Source: Mobula hypostoma
Lineage: Eukaryota
Assembly: GCF_963921235.1 (NCBI RefSeq)
Contig: NC_086101.1
Location: 166,346,001-166,410,000 of the forward strand
DNA length: 64,000 nt
Direction: 5' to 3'
A program made the translations under genes and the position numbers. Positions within the stretch are counted from its first letter, which is position 1. Each line of letters starts with the position of its first letter. Of this stretch, positions 39,479 to 49,939 are shown piece after piece. Below the pieces are notes generated by a model, which was not told the origin of the DNA, did not search any database, and saw only the letters and a program-made list of their open reading frames with translations.

Positions 39479-40523
39479 ACTGTTTGTCCTATGCATGACT
39501 GATTTGAATATGATTATAGGAGGTATTAGTTTGAATATGACATGAAAATTGGTTGTCCTACAATAGTAATGGAACAGTCTTAGGTTATAAGATGATATTG
39601 ATCACCTAGAAAGGTGGACCAAACAATCACAGCTGTCATTCAACCTTGATAAGTGCACAGTGCTGCATTCTGAGGAAAAATATTTCACCCGAAGTGTGGC
39701 TGCAATTTGAAAGGGCTGTCTGAGGTGGTGAAGTCAGGTACTCCCACCCATTTAAGTAGTATTTGGGCACTTGAATCACCAAGACACAGAAATAAATGCT
39801 GGTAAACTGAATTAGGACAGGTACCCCCCCCCCCCCGCCGCCTTTTGCACATGCTGCCTGGCCTGCCGAGTTTCTCCAGCAGTATATTTTATACTCCAGA
39901 TTACAGCATCTGTAGTCTCTTGTATCTCTACTATAGGTAGGCACTCGATGGCCCAACAGACCATGTGATTCTAAGGAGATCAATACTGTACATAATACTC
40001 CAAGTGTAGTTACACAAATACCCCATAGAACTGACACATGGATATCAATTTTTGCATTCAATTATTTCAAAATAAACCTTAAGACGGTTAGCCTTCCTAA
40101 TACCTTACTCTGTCTATATTTAAGTATTCTGTTGCATCTCCTCCAATCTATCATTTAGCCATGCGTTTCTTTATTATTTATTTGAAAATGGACAATTTTA
40201 CATTTTTACTACATTGTAGTTTGCCAGATTTTTGCACTTTAACATATCTGGTATCCTTTTATAACCTCCTTATTCATATAGAACGTAAACAGTACAGCAC
40301 AGTAATGGACCTTTGGCCCACAAAGTTGTGCTGACCTTTCAACCTAATTTAAGATCAATATAACCTTTCCCTCCCCTATAGCCTTCCATTTTTCTTTCAT
40401 GCATGTGCCTACGTTTCTTAAATGCCCTTAACATATCGGTCTCTATCACAATCCTGGCAATGCACACCACACACTGAAACTCTAAAAAAAATGTACCTCC
40501 GACATCGCCCTATACTTTACTCC

Positions 40524-40836
40524 GTTAAAGGCATCCGTTAGTCTTGTGAGACCATGGATCTGCGCCTGGAAATTCTTCACTCTCCAGGGCGCAGGACTGG
40601 GCAAGGTTATATGGAAGACCAGCAGTTGCCCATGCTGCATGTCTCCCCTCTCCATGACACCGATGTTGTCCAAGGGAAGGGCAAGAGCCAATACAACTTG
40701 GCATCAGTTTCGTCGCAGAGCACTGTGTGTTAAGCGCCTTGCTCAAGGACACAACATGCTGCCTCGGCTGGGGCTCGAACTCACAACCTTCAGGTCACTA
40801 GTCGAATGCCTTAACCACTTGGCCACGTGCCCACAC
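40524..40836 (-). mobile_element. tRNA-derived CORE-type SINE with a different (RTE-like) tail
   Basis: A box TGGCCAAGTGG, B box AGTTCGAGCCC, core GAGCAAGGCGCTTAAC; 10-bp TSD actttactcc. Confidence 0.8.
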
Positions 40837-41107
40837 ACTTTACTCCAATCACCTTAAAATCATACTCCCTGGTGTTAGCCACTCCCGCCCTGGGAAAAAG
40901 TTTCTGGCTATCCACTCTATCTATGCGTCTTATCACCTTGTTCACCTCTGTCAAGTGACCTCTCATCCTTTGCTCCAAAGAGCTGTAGGTCGCTCAACCC
41001 TTCCTAATAAGGAATGTTCTCTAATCCAGGCAACATCCTGGTAAACAACACACATCAAAGTTGCTGGTGAACACAGCAGGCCAGGCAGCATCTCTAGGAA
41101 GAGGTAC

Positions 41108-41143
41108 AGTTGACGTTTCAGGCCAAGACCCTTCTTCAGGACT
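41108..41143 (-). ncRNA. Minimal hammerhead motif (core intact, one stem I mismatch)
   Basis: Minus strand reads agtc-CTGAAGA-agggtcttggcct-GAAAC-GTC-aact. Confidence 0.62.
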
Positions 41144-41641
41144 AACTGAAGGAAGAGTTAGTAAGAGATTTGAAAGTGGGAGGGGGAGATACAAAATGAT
41201 AGGAGAAGACAGGAGGGGGAGGGATGGAGCCAAGAGCTGGACAGGTGATTGGCAAAGGGGATATGAGAGGATCATGGGACAGGAGGCCCGGGGAGAAAGA
41301 CAAGGGGGGGTGGAACCAGAGGATGGGCAAGGGGTATAGTCAGAGGGACAGAGGGAGAAAAAAGAGTGAGAGAAAGAATGTGTGTATAAAAATAAATAAC
41401 GGATGGGGTACGAGGGGGAGGTGGGGCATGCACATTCTTTCTCTCACTCTCCTTTTTCTCCCTCTGTCCCTCTGACTATACCCCTTGCCCATCCTCTGGT
41501 TCCTGTCCCATGATCCTCTCATATCCCCTTTGCCAATCACCTGTCCAGCTCTTGGCTCCATCCCTCCCCCTCCTGTCTTCTCCTATCATTTTGTATCTCC
41601 CCCTCCCACTTTCAAATCTCTTACTAACTCTTCCTTCAGTT

Positions 41642-41677
41642 AGTCCTGACGAAGGGTCTCGGCCTGAAACGTCGACT
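41642..41677 (+). ncRNA. Minimal type I hammerhead ribozyme motif
   Basis: agtc-CTGACGA-agggtctcggcct-GAAAC-GTC-gact: stem I agtc/gact, stem II hairpin, palindromic ACGT in place of stem III. Confidence 0.75.
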
Positions 41678-42640
41678 GTACCTCTTCCTAGAGATGCTGC
41701 CTGGCCTGCTGCGTTCACCAGCAACTTTTATGTGTGTTGCTTGGATTTCCAGCATCTGCAGAATTCCTGTTGTTAACATCCTGGTAAATCTCTCTGCACC
41801 CCCTCAAAAGCTTCCATATCCTTCCTATAATGAGGCAACCAGAAATGAACACAATACTTCAAGTATAGACTAACCAGAGCTGCAACATTACCTCACGGTT
41901 CTTGAACTCAATCTCCCAACAAGTAAAGGACAATACTCTACATGCCTTCTTCACCTCCCTATTAACTTGTACAGCAACTTTGTACATCTGTGGAAGTGGA
42001 CTTCAAAATCCCTCTATTCCTCCACACTAATAAATCCAGCCGTTTGACCTTCAAAGTATATCACGTCACATTTTTCCAAATTGAACTCCATCTGCCACTT
42101 TCTCATCCAAGTCATTTATAAAAATCCCAAAGAGAATTCCCAGAACAGAACCCCACAGCACACTGAGCTCCAGCAGAATACGCGAGATCTCCTACCACTC
42201 TCTGTCTTCTGTGGGCAAGCCAATTCTGAATGCCACCTGACTTTCCAAATGAACCTACCACGGGGAACACTGTCAAAGGTCTTACTAAAAACCACGTACA
42301 CCTCAAGTGCACTATCTTCATTATGCATTGTATCACATCCTCAAAGAATTCAATCAGACTTGGGAGTCATGATCTGCCCCTCTCAAAACCATGCTGACCA
42401 TCCCTATTCAGACTATGCCTCTCCATTTAATACCCATAAACCCTACCTCTAGGAATCCTCTCCAATAATTTGCCTATAACTGAAGAAAAACTCCCTACTC
42501 CTTTTCTTGAACAAAGGAATGGCATTTGCCACCCTCCAATCATCTGATTCTACTCCTGTGGCCAGCGAAGACACAAAGATCACCAAAGAAGCAGCATCTC
42601 TTCCTTCGCTTCCCTAAGTAACCTGGGGAATAGCCCATCC

Positions 42641-42888
42641 ACACGAGGAATTCTGCAGATGCTGGAAGTTCAAGCAACACACATCAAAGTTGCTGGTGAA
42701 CGCAGCAGGCCAGGCAGCATCTCTAGGAAGAGGTACAGTCGACGTTTCAGGCCGAGACCCTTCGTCAGGACTAACTGAAGAAAGAGCTAGTAAGAGATTT
42801 GAAAGTGGGAGGGGGAGGGGGAGATCCAAAATGATAGGAGAAGACAGGAGGGGGAGGGATGGAGCCAAGAGCTGGACAGTTGATGGAT
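42641..42888 (-). mobile_element. Penelope-derived short element
   Basis: Nearly identical to the reverse complement of 8205-8407 and 41540-41770. Confidence 0.9.
42737..42772 (-). ncRNA. Minimal type I hammerhead motif, sense within CENPH intron 1
   Basis: Minus strand reads agtc-CTGACGA-agggtctcggcct-GAAAC-GTC-gact. Confidence 0.75.
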
Positions 42889-43028
42889 GAAATATTCCGT
42901 CCACTTCGGGGACTTCTCCCATTTTTTAAAAATTCCAGCACATCCTCTTTACTAACGTTGCCAGCTTTCAGCATATCAGCACCCAGCACTGAACGGACAT
43001 AAACTACAAAGGCATTTCAATCCCTTAC

Positions 43029-43087
43029 TCCATATTTCGTGCCGCTCCCTCCCCCGAATCCACTGCCGTGCGCGGCGCCGTCTCCAT
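43029..43087 (-). CDS. CENPH: CENPH coding exon 1 (METAPRTAVDSGEGAARNM); alternative in-frame ATG at 43126
   Basis: In the CpG island. ATG in gcaATGg context; donor GA|GTAAGG (phase 2) matches the phase of exon 2. Sequence is poorly conserved, so this is the least certain exon. Confidence 0.7.
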
Positions 43088-43089
43088 TG

Positions 43090-43441
43090 CGGACGCTTCT
43101 TCTGCTCGCCTGCTCAATATGTTCATTGGGCAAGCTGGAGCTTCAGGGCGGGGCTTCTGACAGAGCTCGATTCTGTTTGGTTCACGGCGACATCAATCGC
43201 GATTCCCCGCCCCCCAGCGCCCGAGGAACGGCGGGGATTGGTATATAATGTCGGCAGTCGATTGGTCGCGCCCGTGGAGGCGGGTCGCTTGAATTTGAAG
43301 CGGGAGAGGAGGCGGGCGAGCGGGCGACAACGGTCGGACGCTGCTCCGGGTGTGTGGGGGCTGGATTGGGGCTGCGGGAGAGGAGGCAGCCGGTGCTCAA
43401 CACGACATGAACCTGTAGCAGCCCATCCAAGAACAACTCGG
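43090..43441. promoter_or_regulatory. Bidirectional CpG-island promoter (CENPH and divergent gene) with CCAAT, GC-box and CDE/CHR motifs
   Basis: ATTGG at 43125, 43237, 43261, 43365; GC boxes at 43146 and 43205; GGCGG(43279)-N4-CTTGAA(43288) followed directly by TTTGAA(43294); splice donors facing outward on both sides (43028 minus, 43442 plus). Confidence 0.8.
43300..43441 (+). other. Non-coding first exon of unrecognised plus-strand gene (5' end approximate)
   Basis: GC-rich segment downstream of the CHR ending in donor CGG|GTAAGG; in-frame TAG upstream of the exon-2 ATG, so 5'UTR. Confidence 0.65.
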
Positions 43442-44279
43442 GTAAGGTATGGAGCACGTAGGCCACATGATCCGGAGCATAATAAACCAGAGGGAAGCTT
43501 GGGAATGGGAACTAAATTCTCAATGCAGTTACCATTTCTGTGAGCGTGCGATCCAATTTGTTTTACTGCGTACAAGTGCTTCTGGTCCGTGGTGTATGGT
43601 AAAAAAAAGGTTAGATCGCATGGGATCTGATTGCCAACCGGATTCAAATCTGACTTGGTAGGAGTCTGTAAGTATTAGTGGGAGGCTGTTATTCTGTGAA
43701 AAGCGGTGTGTTGTAGGTTTCGATGCTGGGTCCACTCTTGTTTGTCATTTATGTTAATGTTTTTGGATGGAGATGAACTGGAGAGATGTATAAAAGACTG
43801 ACAGATTGGAATTTAACTTGGCTAAATGTGAGTACTGTATTTTGGTGATATAAGCTGGGGCAGGACTTGCACAATAAATGGCGGGACCCTAGATTGAACA
43901 GAGAGCCTTGGAGATACAGATAGATACATGAGGGACGGCAAATGTTGGAATTTGGAGACTTAGACCACCTGCTAGAGGAAGTTAGTAGATTGAGCAATAT
44001 CTGTGGGATCTAAGTCAATGTCTCAGATTTAAAATCTGTATCAGTACTGTTTCAAAGTTGAGTTTATTGTTTGTGAGTACAGGTGAAAAATGTACTTGCT
44101 GCAGCATCACAGGCACATAGCATCAGATATGCAGCATTCACAATTCAACATAAATTACAGTATGCAGTTTTTTTTCAAGAAAAGGCACAATTAGAACAAA
44201 CTTAGACAAACTTCTACAGATGTGTTTTAAGGCCCTTGTTTGGATAAATCCTATCAAAAAATGGATATGGTCCAGTTCT

Positions 44280-44978
44280 CGTACAGGATACCCTTAAAGT
44301 TAACCTCCAGGTTGAGTCAGTAGTGAAGAAGGTGAATGCAATGTTGGCATTCATTTCTAGAGGAATAGAGTATAGGAGCAGGGATGTGATGTTGAGGCTC
44401 TATAAGGCGCTGGTGAGACCTCACTTGGAGTACTGTGGGCAGTTTTGGTCTCCTTATTTAAGAAAAGATGTACTGACGTTGGAGAGGGTACAGAGAAGAT
44501 TCACTAGAATGATTCCGGGAATGAGAGGGTTAACATATGAGGAACATTTGTCCGCTCTTGGACTATATTCCTTGGCGTTTAGAAGAATGAGGGGAGACCT
44601 CATAGAAACATTTTGAATATTGAAAGGCATGGACAGAGTGGATGTGGCTAAGTTGTTTCCCATGATGGGGGAGTCTAGTATGAGAGGGCATGACTTAAGG
44701 ATTGAAGGGCACCCATTCAGAACAGAAATGCAAAGAAATTTTTTTAGTCAGAGGGTGGTGAATCTATGGAACTTGTTGCCACAGGCAGCAGTGGAGGCCA
44801 AGTCATTGGGTGTATTTAAGGCAGAGATTGATAGGTATCTGAGTAGCCAGGGCATCAAAGGTTATGGTGAGAAGGCGGGGGAGTGGGACTAAATGGGAGA
44901 ATGGATCAGCTCATGATAAAATGGCGGAGCAGACTTGATGGGCCGAATGGCCGACTTCTGCTCCTTTGTCTTATGGCC
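44280..44978 (+). mobile_element. CR1 3' end
   Basis: ORFs 44323..44616 and 44620..44892 (RPHLEYCGQFWSP, FFSQRVVNLWN). Confidence 0.9.
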
Positions 44979-44979
44979 T

Positions 44980-45617
44980 TCATCATGGGTATGTCCTCAC
45001 TATCGAGCACATCCGCCCAGAGTGCTGTCACAGGAAAGCAGCATCCATCATCAGGGAACTCACCACTCAAGTCATGCTCTCTTCTCGCTGCTACAATCAG
45101 GAATAAGATACAGAAGCCTCAGAGCCCACACCTCCAAGTTCAGGAACAGTTGTTACCCCTCAACCATCAGGCTCTTGAACCAGAAGGGATACCTTCACTT
45201 GCCCCATCGCTGTCTTCCCTCAACCTACGGGCTCACTTTTAAGGACACTTCATCTCATGTTCTCAATATTTATAGCTTATTTATTACTATTTATTATTTT
45301 TCATTTGTATTTGCACTGTTTGTCTGTCCTGTTGGGTATAATTTTTCTTCTCGTTGATTCTATTGTTTCTTGGACTTACTGTGTATGCCTGCAAGAAAAT
45401 GAATCTCAGGGTTGTATAAATTGAAGAGAAGTAGCAGTTCCTGAACCTGATGGTGTGGGATTTCGGGCTGAGGGTGACTCAAGTGTGCACCTTCCTTACG
45501 ACTGCATCTGTATGCTGTGTCTGGGATGGGTCATCTGATGTGTAAGCACCCAGTGATATAAAGCTGCGGATTTCTCCATGCTATTTTCCCTCTCTATAGA
45601 CTGGTATGTGTTTACCG

Positions 45618-45661
<44 letters not shown>

Positions 45662-45780
45662 CCTGAAATCAACACAATCAGCTCTTTAGTTTTACTAACA
45701 TTGAGCAAGATATTGATGTTGCAGCACCAGTCAACCAAACATCTTGTATTGCTCCTGTAAACTGACACATCACACCTCTA
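44980..45780. mobile_element. Rex1-type fragments (plus, then minus)
   Basis: HALFSLLQSGIRYRSL (plus) and WCCN...LNVSKTKELIV (minus). Confidence 0.7.
45619..45658. repeat. (CA)20 microsatellite
   Basis: Direct observation. Confidence 0.97.
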
Positions 45781-45999
45781 ATTTTGATTAAGGCATTTGG
45801 CGTGCTTGTCTTTATCGCCACTCCATCCACATGTGTCAGGCAACTATGTATCTGTACCCCTTGACTTATTGATTTCCTCCAGCAGAGGAGTTTATTGCTC
45901 AAGGGGTACAGATACAGAGCTCCCTGCTACAGGCAGACGGAGTGGCAATAAAGGCAAGCATGCCAATTGTGTACAAGAGTTTGAATGCCTAGCTGCACC

Positions 46000-46500
46000 T
46001 CTACAGGTTGTTGCTGAATCATATTTGGAGCATTGTGTGCGGTTCTGGTTGCCCAGCTGTAGGTAGGAATCACTGAGCTGGAAAAGGTGCAGAAATTTCA
46101 AGGATATTACTGGGATTTGGTGGGGAGGGAGGCGTTCTTGAGTTATAAGAAGCTAAATAGTCTGGGAGTTATTTCCCTGGAGTGTAGGAAGCTGCAGGGT
46201 GACCTTATAGAGATTTATAAAATCATGATGGCTGCAAATAAGATGGATAAACACTGTCTTTTTCTCTAGGTGGGGGGAGCTTAAAATGAGAGGATATGGA
46301 TTTAAGAGAGGAGAAAATTTTAGAAGACACGTGAAGAGCAATTTATTTTTCCCATGGTGAGGGTTGTCAGTCTGTGAATGAGTTGCCAGAGGAAGCTGCA
46401 TAGGTGCGTGCAGTTACAATGCTTAAAAGGCATTTAGACGGGTACATGAATAGAGAAGATTTATAGGGATGGGGACCAAATGCAAGCAAATGAGATTAGT
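46000..46500 (+). mobile_element. Degenerate CR1 3' end
   Basis: LEHCVRFW and GDLIEIYKIM remnants. Confidence 0.7.
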
Positions 46501-46737
46501 GCAGTTGTATTAGTGCAATTCTCAAAGTGCAATGCAGTATTCAATCAACAATTAAATTCACAGGAACAATTGGAAATGTCTTTTAATAAAATTGTTATCC
46601 TATCTCGTCACCTGCAGAAGACTATGTATGTTAAAAATATTAATGTTACTTTTTGTTGCTGCCACTGAATAGTAACCACATTGCATAGTTACTGTAATTA
46701 CATAATCTGTCATAAATATTTTTGTTTTTCTAGGATA

Positions 46738-46955
46738 ATGGCTCCAACACCTGGATCAAACAGATTTCGAGAAGTGGATGTCACTCCATGCCGTGGATAC
46801 AAGAATCTCCATACTGGAATAAAAATACAATCTCAGCAGCTCTTTGCAAATAGAAGGAAGATCAATGGATCTCCTAATGAGAAAGGAAAAATCTCTCTTA
46901 CTCCACGGCATCGATTGGTAACACCTTTAATTTCAAACACACTTGATCATCTGAT
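46738..46955 (+). CDS. Unrecognised gene, first coding exon (MAPTPGSNRF...NTLDHL)
   Basis: tttgtttttctag acceptor (exon from 46734), ataATGg Kozak context, consensus donor AT|GTAAGT (phase 2); non-repetitive sequence. Confidence 0.78.
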
Positions 46956-47199
46956 GTAAGTACTAAGGTTTGAGATAGAAGAATGCTTCAATATCACTCT
47001 TCCAATGATATATTCATCTTCACTATGCTTAAACCAGTTAGTACTTCATGAAACTATTTCTGAATCGACTTAAGATTTCTACTTAACTAATGTTCTTTCC
47101 CACGAAATTTTGTGAAATATAATTTTGGAAGCCCAGACTCAACAAGCTTTTGGGAATTCCATTAAGCTGTCAGATCCTCAAATAAGATGGTTAGTCGGG

Positions 47200-48300
47200 T
47201 GGTACCTTCAGGACTCATGCCAAGGGGCAAGTCCTGTTTATCCAATTCAATAAAATTGTTTGACTGCAGCAGATTGACTGGAGGGTAATCCAGTTGATGC
47301 GTATGTAGACTTCCTAAAGGTTTTTGATAAGATGCCACATTACAAGCTTATCAGCAAAGTTGAAGCATGTGACATAAAAGGGACACAGATGGAATAGATG
47401 TGATGTTGGATGGGTAACACAAAAGAGGGTCGTAGTGAGTGTTTTTTTTTCTGGACTGGAAGAAGATGGACTGAAACATCCCCCAGAAGTTAGTGTGAGT
47501 ACTGTCATTTTCTTTGGGGTGGAGGACTATATTAATGCAATTCATAATTTCTAAGTTAGCAGATGACACATTTTTCAGTATTGCGGCACAGTAATAATGG
47601 AGAGGAAGTAAACAGGGTGGTGGAATGGCCAGATGTATGGCAGTTAAAATTTAATGTTGGGAAATGTGAGGTGATGTATTTTGGCCAAAGAATTAGGAGA
47701 GGTAATCTAGAATAATAGATCCTATCCTAAATGTGTGCAGGAGCGGATGAACCTGAAGGTATCTATGCATGCGAGTATAAAAGCAGAGAAATTAAAACGT
47801 GCTTGATCATGTTTCAGCTGGAGAATTGTGTTCGATTGTGGTCCCTCCATTTTAGGAAGGAAGAATTATGAAAGTGATGGGAAGGGAGCAGAAAAGATTT
47901 TTAAGAATATTTCCTGGGACATTTACAAGTATAGAGCAAAGGCTGGGGCTGTTTACTTCAGGGAGGAGAAGGCTGATCTGATCTGAGATTTGCTAGTGGC
48001 AGGCAGTTTATTTAGTGGAGGACTCAAAGACTGGAGATCATGAGTACAGATAAATGGGAGAAGAATTAAAAATAACATGAGGGAGGGAAGAAATGTACTG
48101 AGTGGTGGTTTAAAACCTGGAACTGCGGCCTGTAGATATAATAGAAGCAAGGTTCATTCTAGCTTCAAAAAGAAACTGGATAAATTAATGGCAAAAAATT
48201 TGCAATGCCATGGAGAAAGGGCCAGGAAGTGGAACTAGAAAGTTCTGATAGATACAGTGTTCTGAAGAGCCCACTGTGTTGTAACCATTCAGTTATTCTA
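47200..48300 (+). mobile_element. Degenerate CR1 RT fragment
   Basis: YVDFLKVFDK, KLADDT and FNVGKCEV remnants. Confidence 0.65.
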
Positions 48301-49019
48301 TTGTTAATTTGGTTACTAATGTACAGATAACTTGCATTATCTGATTGTCAATTTAATTATTTTATTATAAAGGATTGTAATGGTTGCCTAGGTTATACTT
48401 CAGGAGCATGCTACTCATTAAAGTCATTAATTTAGTGATTTATTGTGGGTAACATATAATATTTTGTTTCCGCTTGTCAGCAATTCTATAGGGAGAAAAA
48501 CATGCTTTATTTCTTGAATTCCACTTTTTAAGTGGGTGGCTGACATTGTGATTTTGCTTTCCTCATTTCTTCTGCTTTCCACCACAACTCATCTCTCCCC
48601 TCTAGCCAATCCTTCCTTCCAAATCCACTGTGTGCTGTGCTACTTTCATTTACCCTCATTGTTGGCTCTATGAGGCATTTTTCTTGCCAAGAAGTGATTT
48701 AATTTAATGGAAAAACTAACCTTGTAACATGCACAGAGTGCAAGTTCCAATATTCAAAATATTTCTTGAAGTTGGTTTGTGTGATTGGGAAAACTTGTCC
48801 GTTGTTACATTACCTCAAGGATCCTCAAGGACGAGGTTATGAAATACCTCGAGGTGCATGACAAGCCTATGAGAGAGAAATAATTTTAAAAGATTGGGTC
48901 CAATTGTGATGTCACTGAACTCACATTGAAGAATAACTAGTTAGGGTACATTTCTTTCATGGTCATTTCAAGAATTGTAGATAATTTAATCGAACTCAAT
49001 ATATAAGTTCTTAATATAT

Positions 49020-49915
49020 ACGGCCACAATTGTAGTCTGTGTCTTGGGTAATGATGAGTTTGAGTACAGAGAGGAAATTAAGAACCTGGTGGCATGGTGC
49101 GAAGACAATAACCTATCCCTCAACGTCAGCAAGATGAAGGAATTGGTTGTTGACTTCAGAAGGAGTAGTGGACCGCATGATCCAATTTACATCAGTGGTG
49201 AGCAAGTGGAACAGGTCAAAAGCTTTAAATTCCTCAGGGTCAATATCACAAATGACCTGACTTGGTTCAACCAAGCAGAGTCCACTGCCAAGAAGCCCCA
49301 CCAGCGCCTTTACTTCCTGAGAAAACTAAAGAAGTTTGGCCTGTCCCCTAAAAACCTCACTAATTTTTAGAGATGCACCGTAGAAAGCATTCTTCTAGGG
49401 TGCATCACAACCTGGTATGGAAGTTGTCCTGTCCAAGACCAGAAGAAGCTGCAGAAGATCGTGAACACAGCCCAGCACATCACACAAACCAATCTTCCGT
49501 CCTTGGACTCACTTTACACCGCACGCTGTCGGAGCAGTGCTGCCAGGATAATCAAGGACACGACCCACCCAGTCAACACACTTTTCATCCCTCTTCCCTC
49601 CAGGAGATGGCTCAGGAGCTTGAAGACTCGTACAGCCAGATATGGGAACAGCTTCTTTCCGACTGTGATAAGACTGCTGAACGGATCCTGCCCCAGATCT
49701 GGGCCGTACCCTGCAAACATCCAGACCTGCCTCTCGGTTTTTTTGCCCTACCTTACTTTCCCTTTTCTATTTTCTACTTATGATTTATAATTAAAACTTT
49801 TAATACAGTATTTACTATCTATTTGTACTCCAGGGAGCACGAAGCACAGAATCAAATATCGCTGTGATGATTGTATGCTCAAGTATCGATTGTTTGGTGA
49901 CAATAAAGTAAAGTA
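49020..49915 (+). mobile_element. Rex1-type LINE 3' fragment
   Basis: WCEDNNLSLNVSK...QRLYFLRKLKKFG; ends aataaagtaaagta. Confidence 0.88.
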
Positions 49916-49939
49916 ATTTTAATATGATGGTGGCAAAAG

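Larger units (their letters stand above)
41046..41774. mobile_element. Head-to-head inverted Penelope pLTR pair (~730-bp fold-back)
   Basis: Left arm minus (41046-41427), right arm plus (41428-41774); 14-bp TSD aacatcctggtaaa (41032-41045, 41775-41788). Confidence 0.92.
40276..42960 (-). mobile_element. Old CR1 LINE hosting three younger insertions
   Basis: CR1 tail at left and VYVVFSKTFD RT remnant; sequence resumes across the TSDs. Confidence 0.8.
19530..43087 (-). other. CENPH: CENPH gene span (centromere protein H), 9 coding exons
   Basis: Nine GT-AG exons join in phase into one ORF: METAPR...NME-LKDQVTQQ...IQVIERELEDVSISFQQKNMALHR-LQYTHAL...FKMVTLIQKVLQ-GVILASGVNWANDPELKEIVLQLE. This matches the remembered human CENP-H C-terminus (NLILGSKVNWAEDPALKEIVLQLEK). 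MRPS36/KGD4 lies downstream, as in mammals. Confidence 0.93.

Noticed and set aside
41021-42989. Recurrent ORFs such as MLVNAAGQAASLGRG... and ...RDAAWPAAFTSNF as a gene family or CRISPR-like repeats
   Set aside because: Translations of the dispersed Penelope-derived repeat; no regular repeat-spacer structure, and the DNA is eukaryotic.
43123-43647. 174-aa minus ORF and overlapping ORFs across the promoter
   Set aside because: Expected stop-codon scarcity in a CpG island; no recognisable protein features.
46917-46923. Alternative donor TTG|GTAACA for the first coding exon of the unknown gene
   Set aside because: Phase 0 would hit a stop in the next exon; the consensus donor at 46956 keeps the frame.
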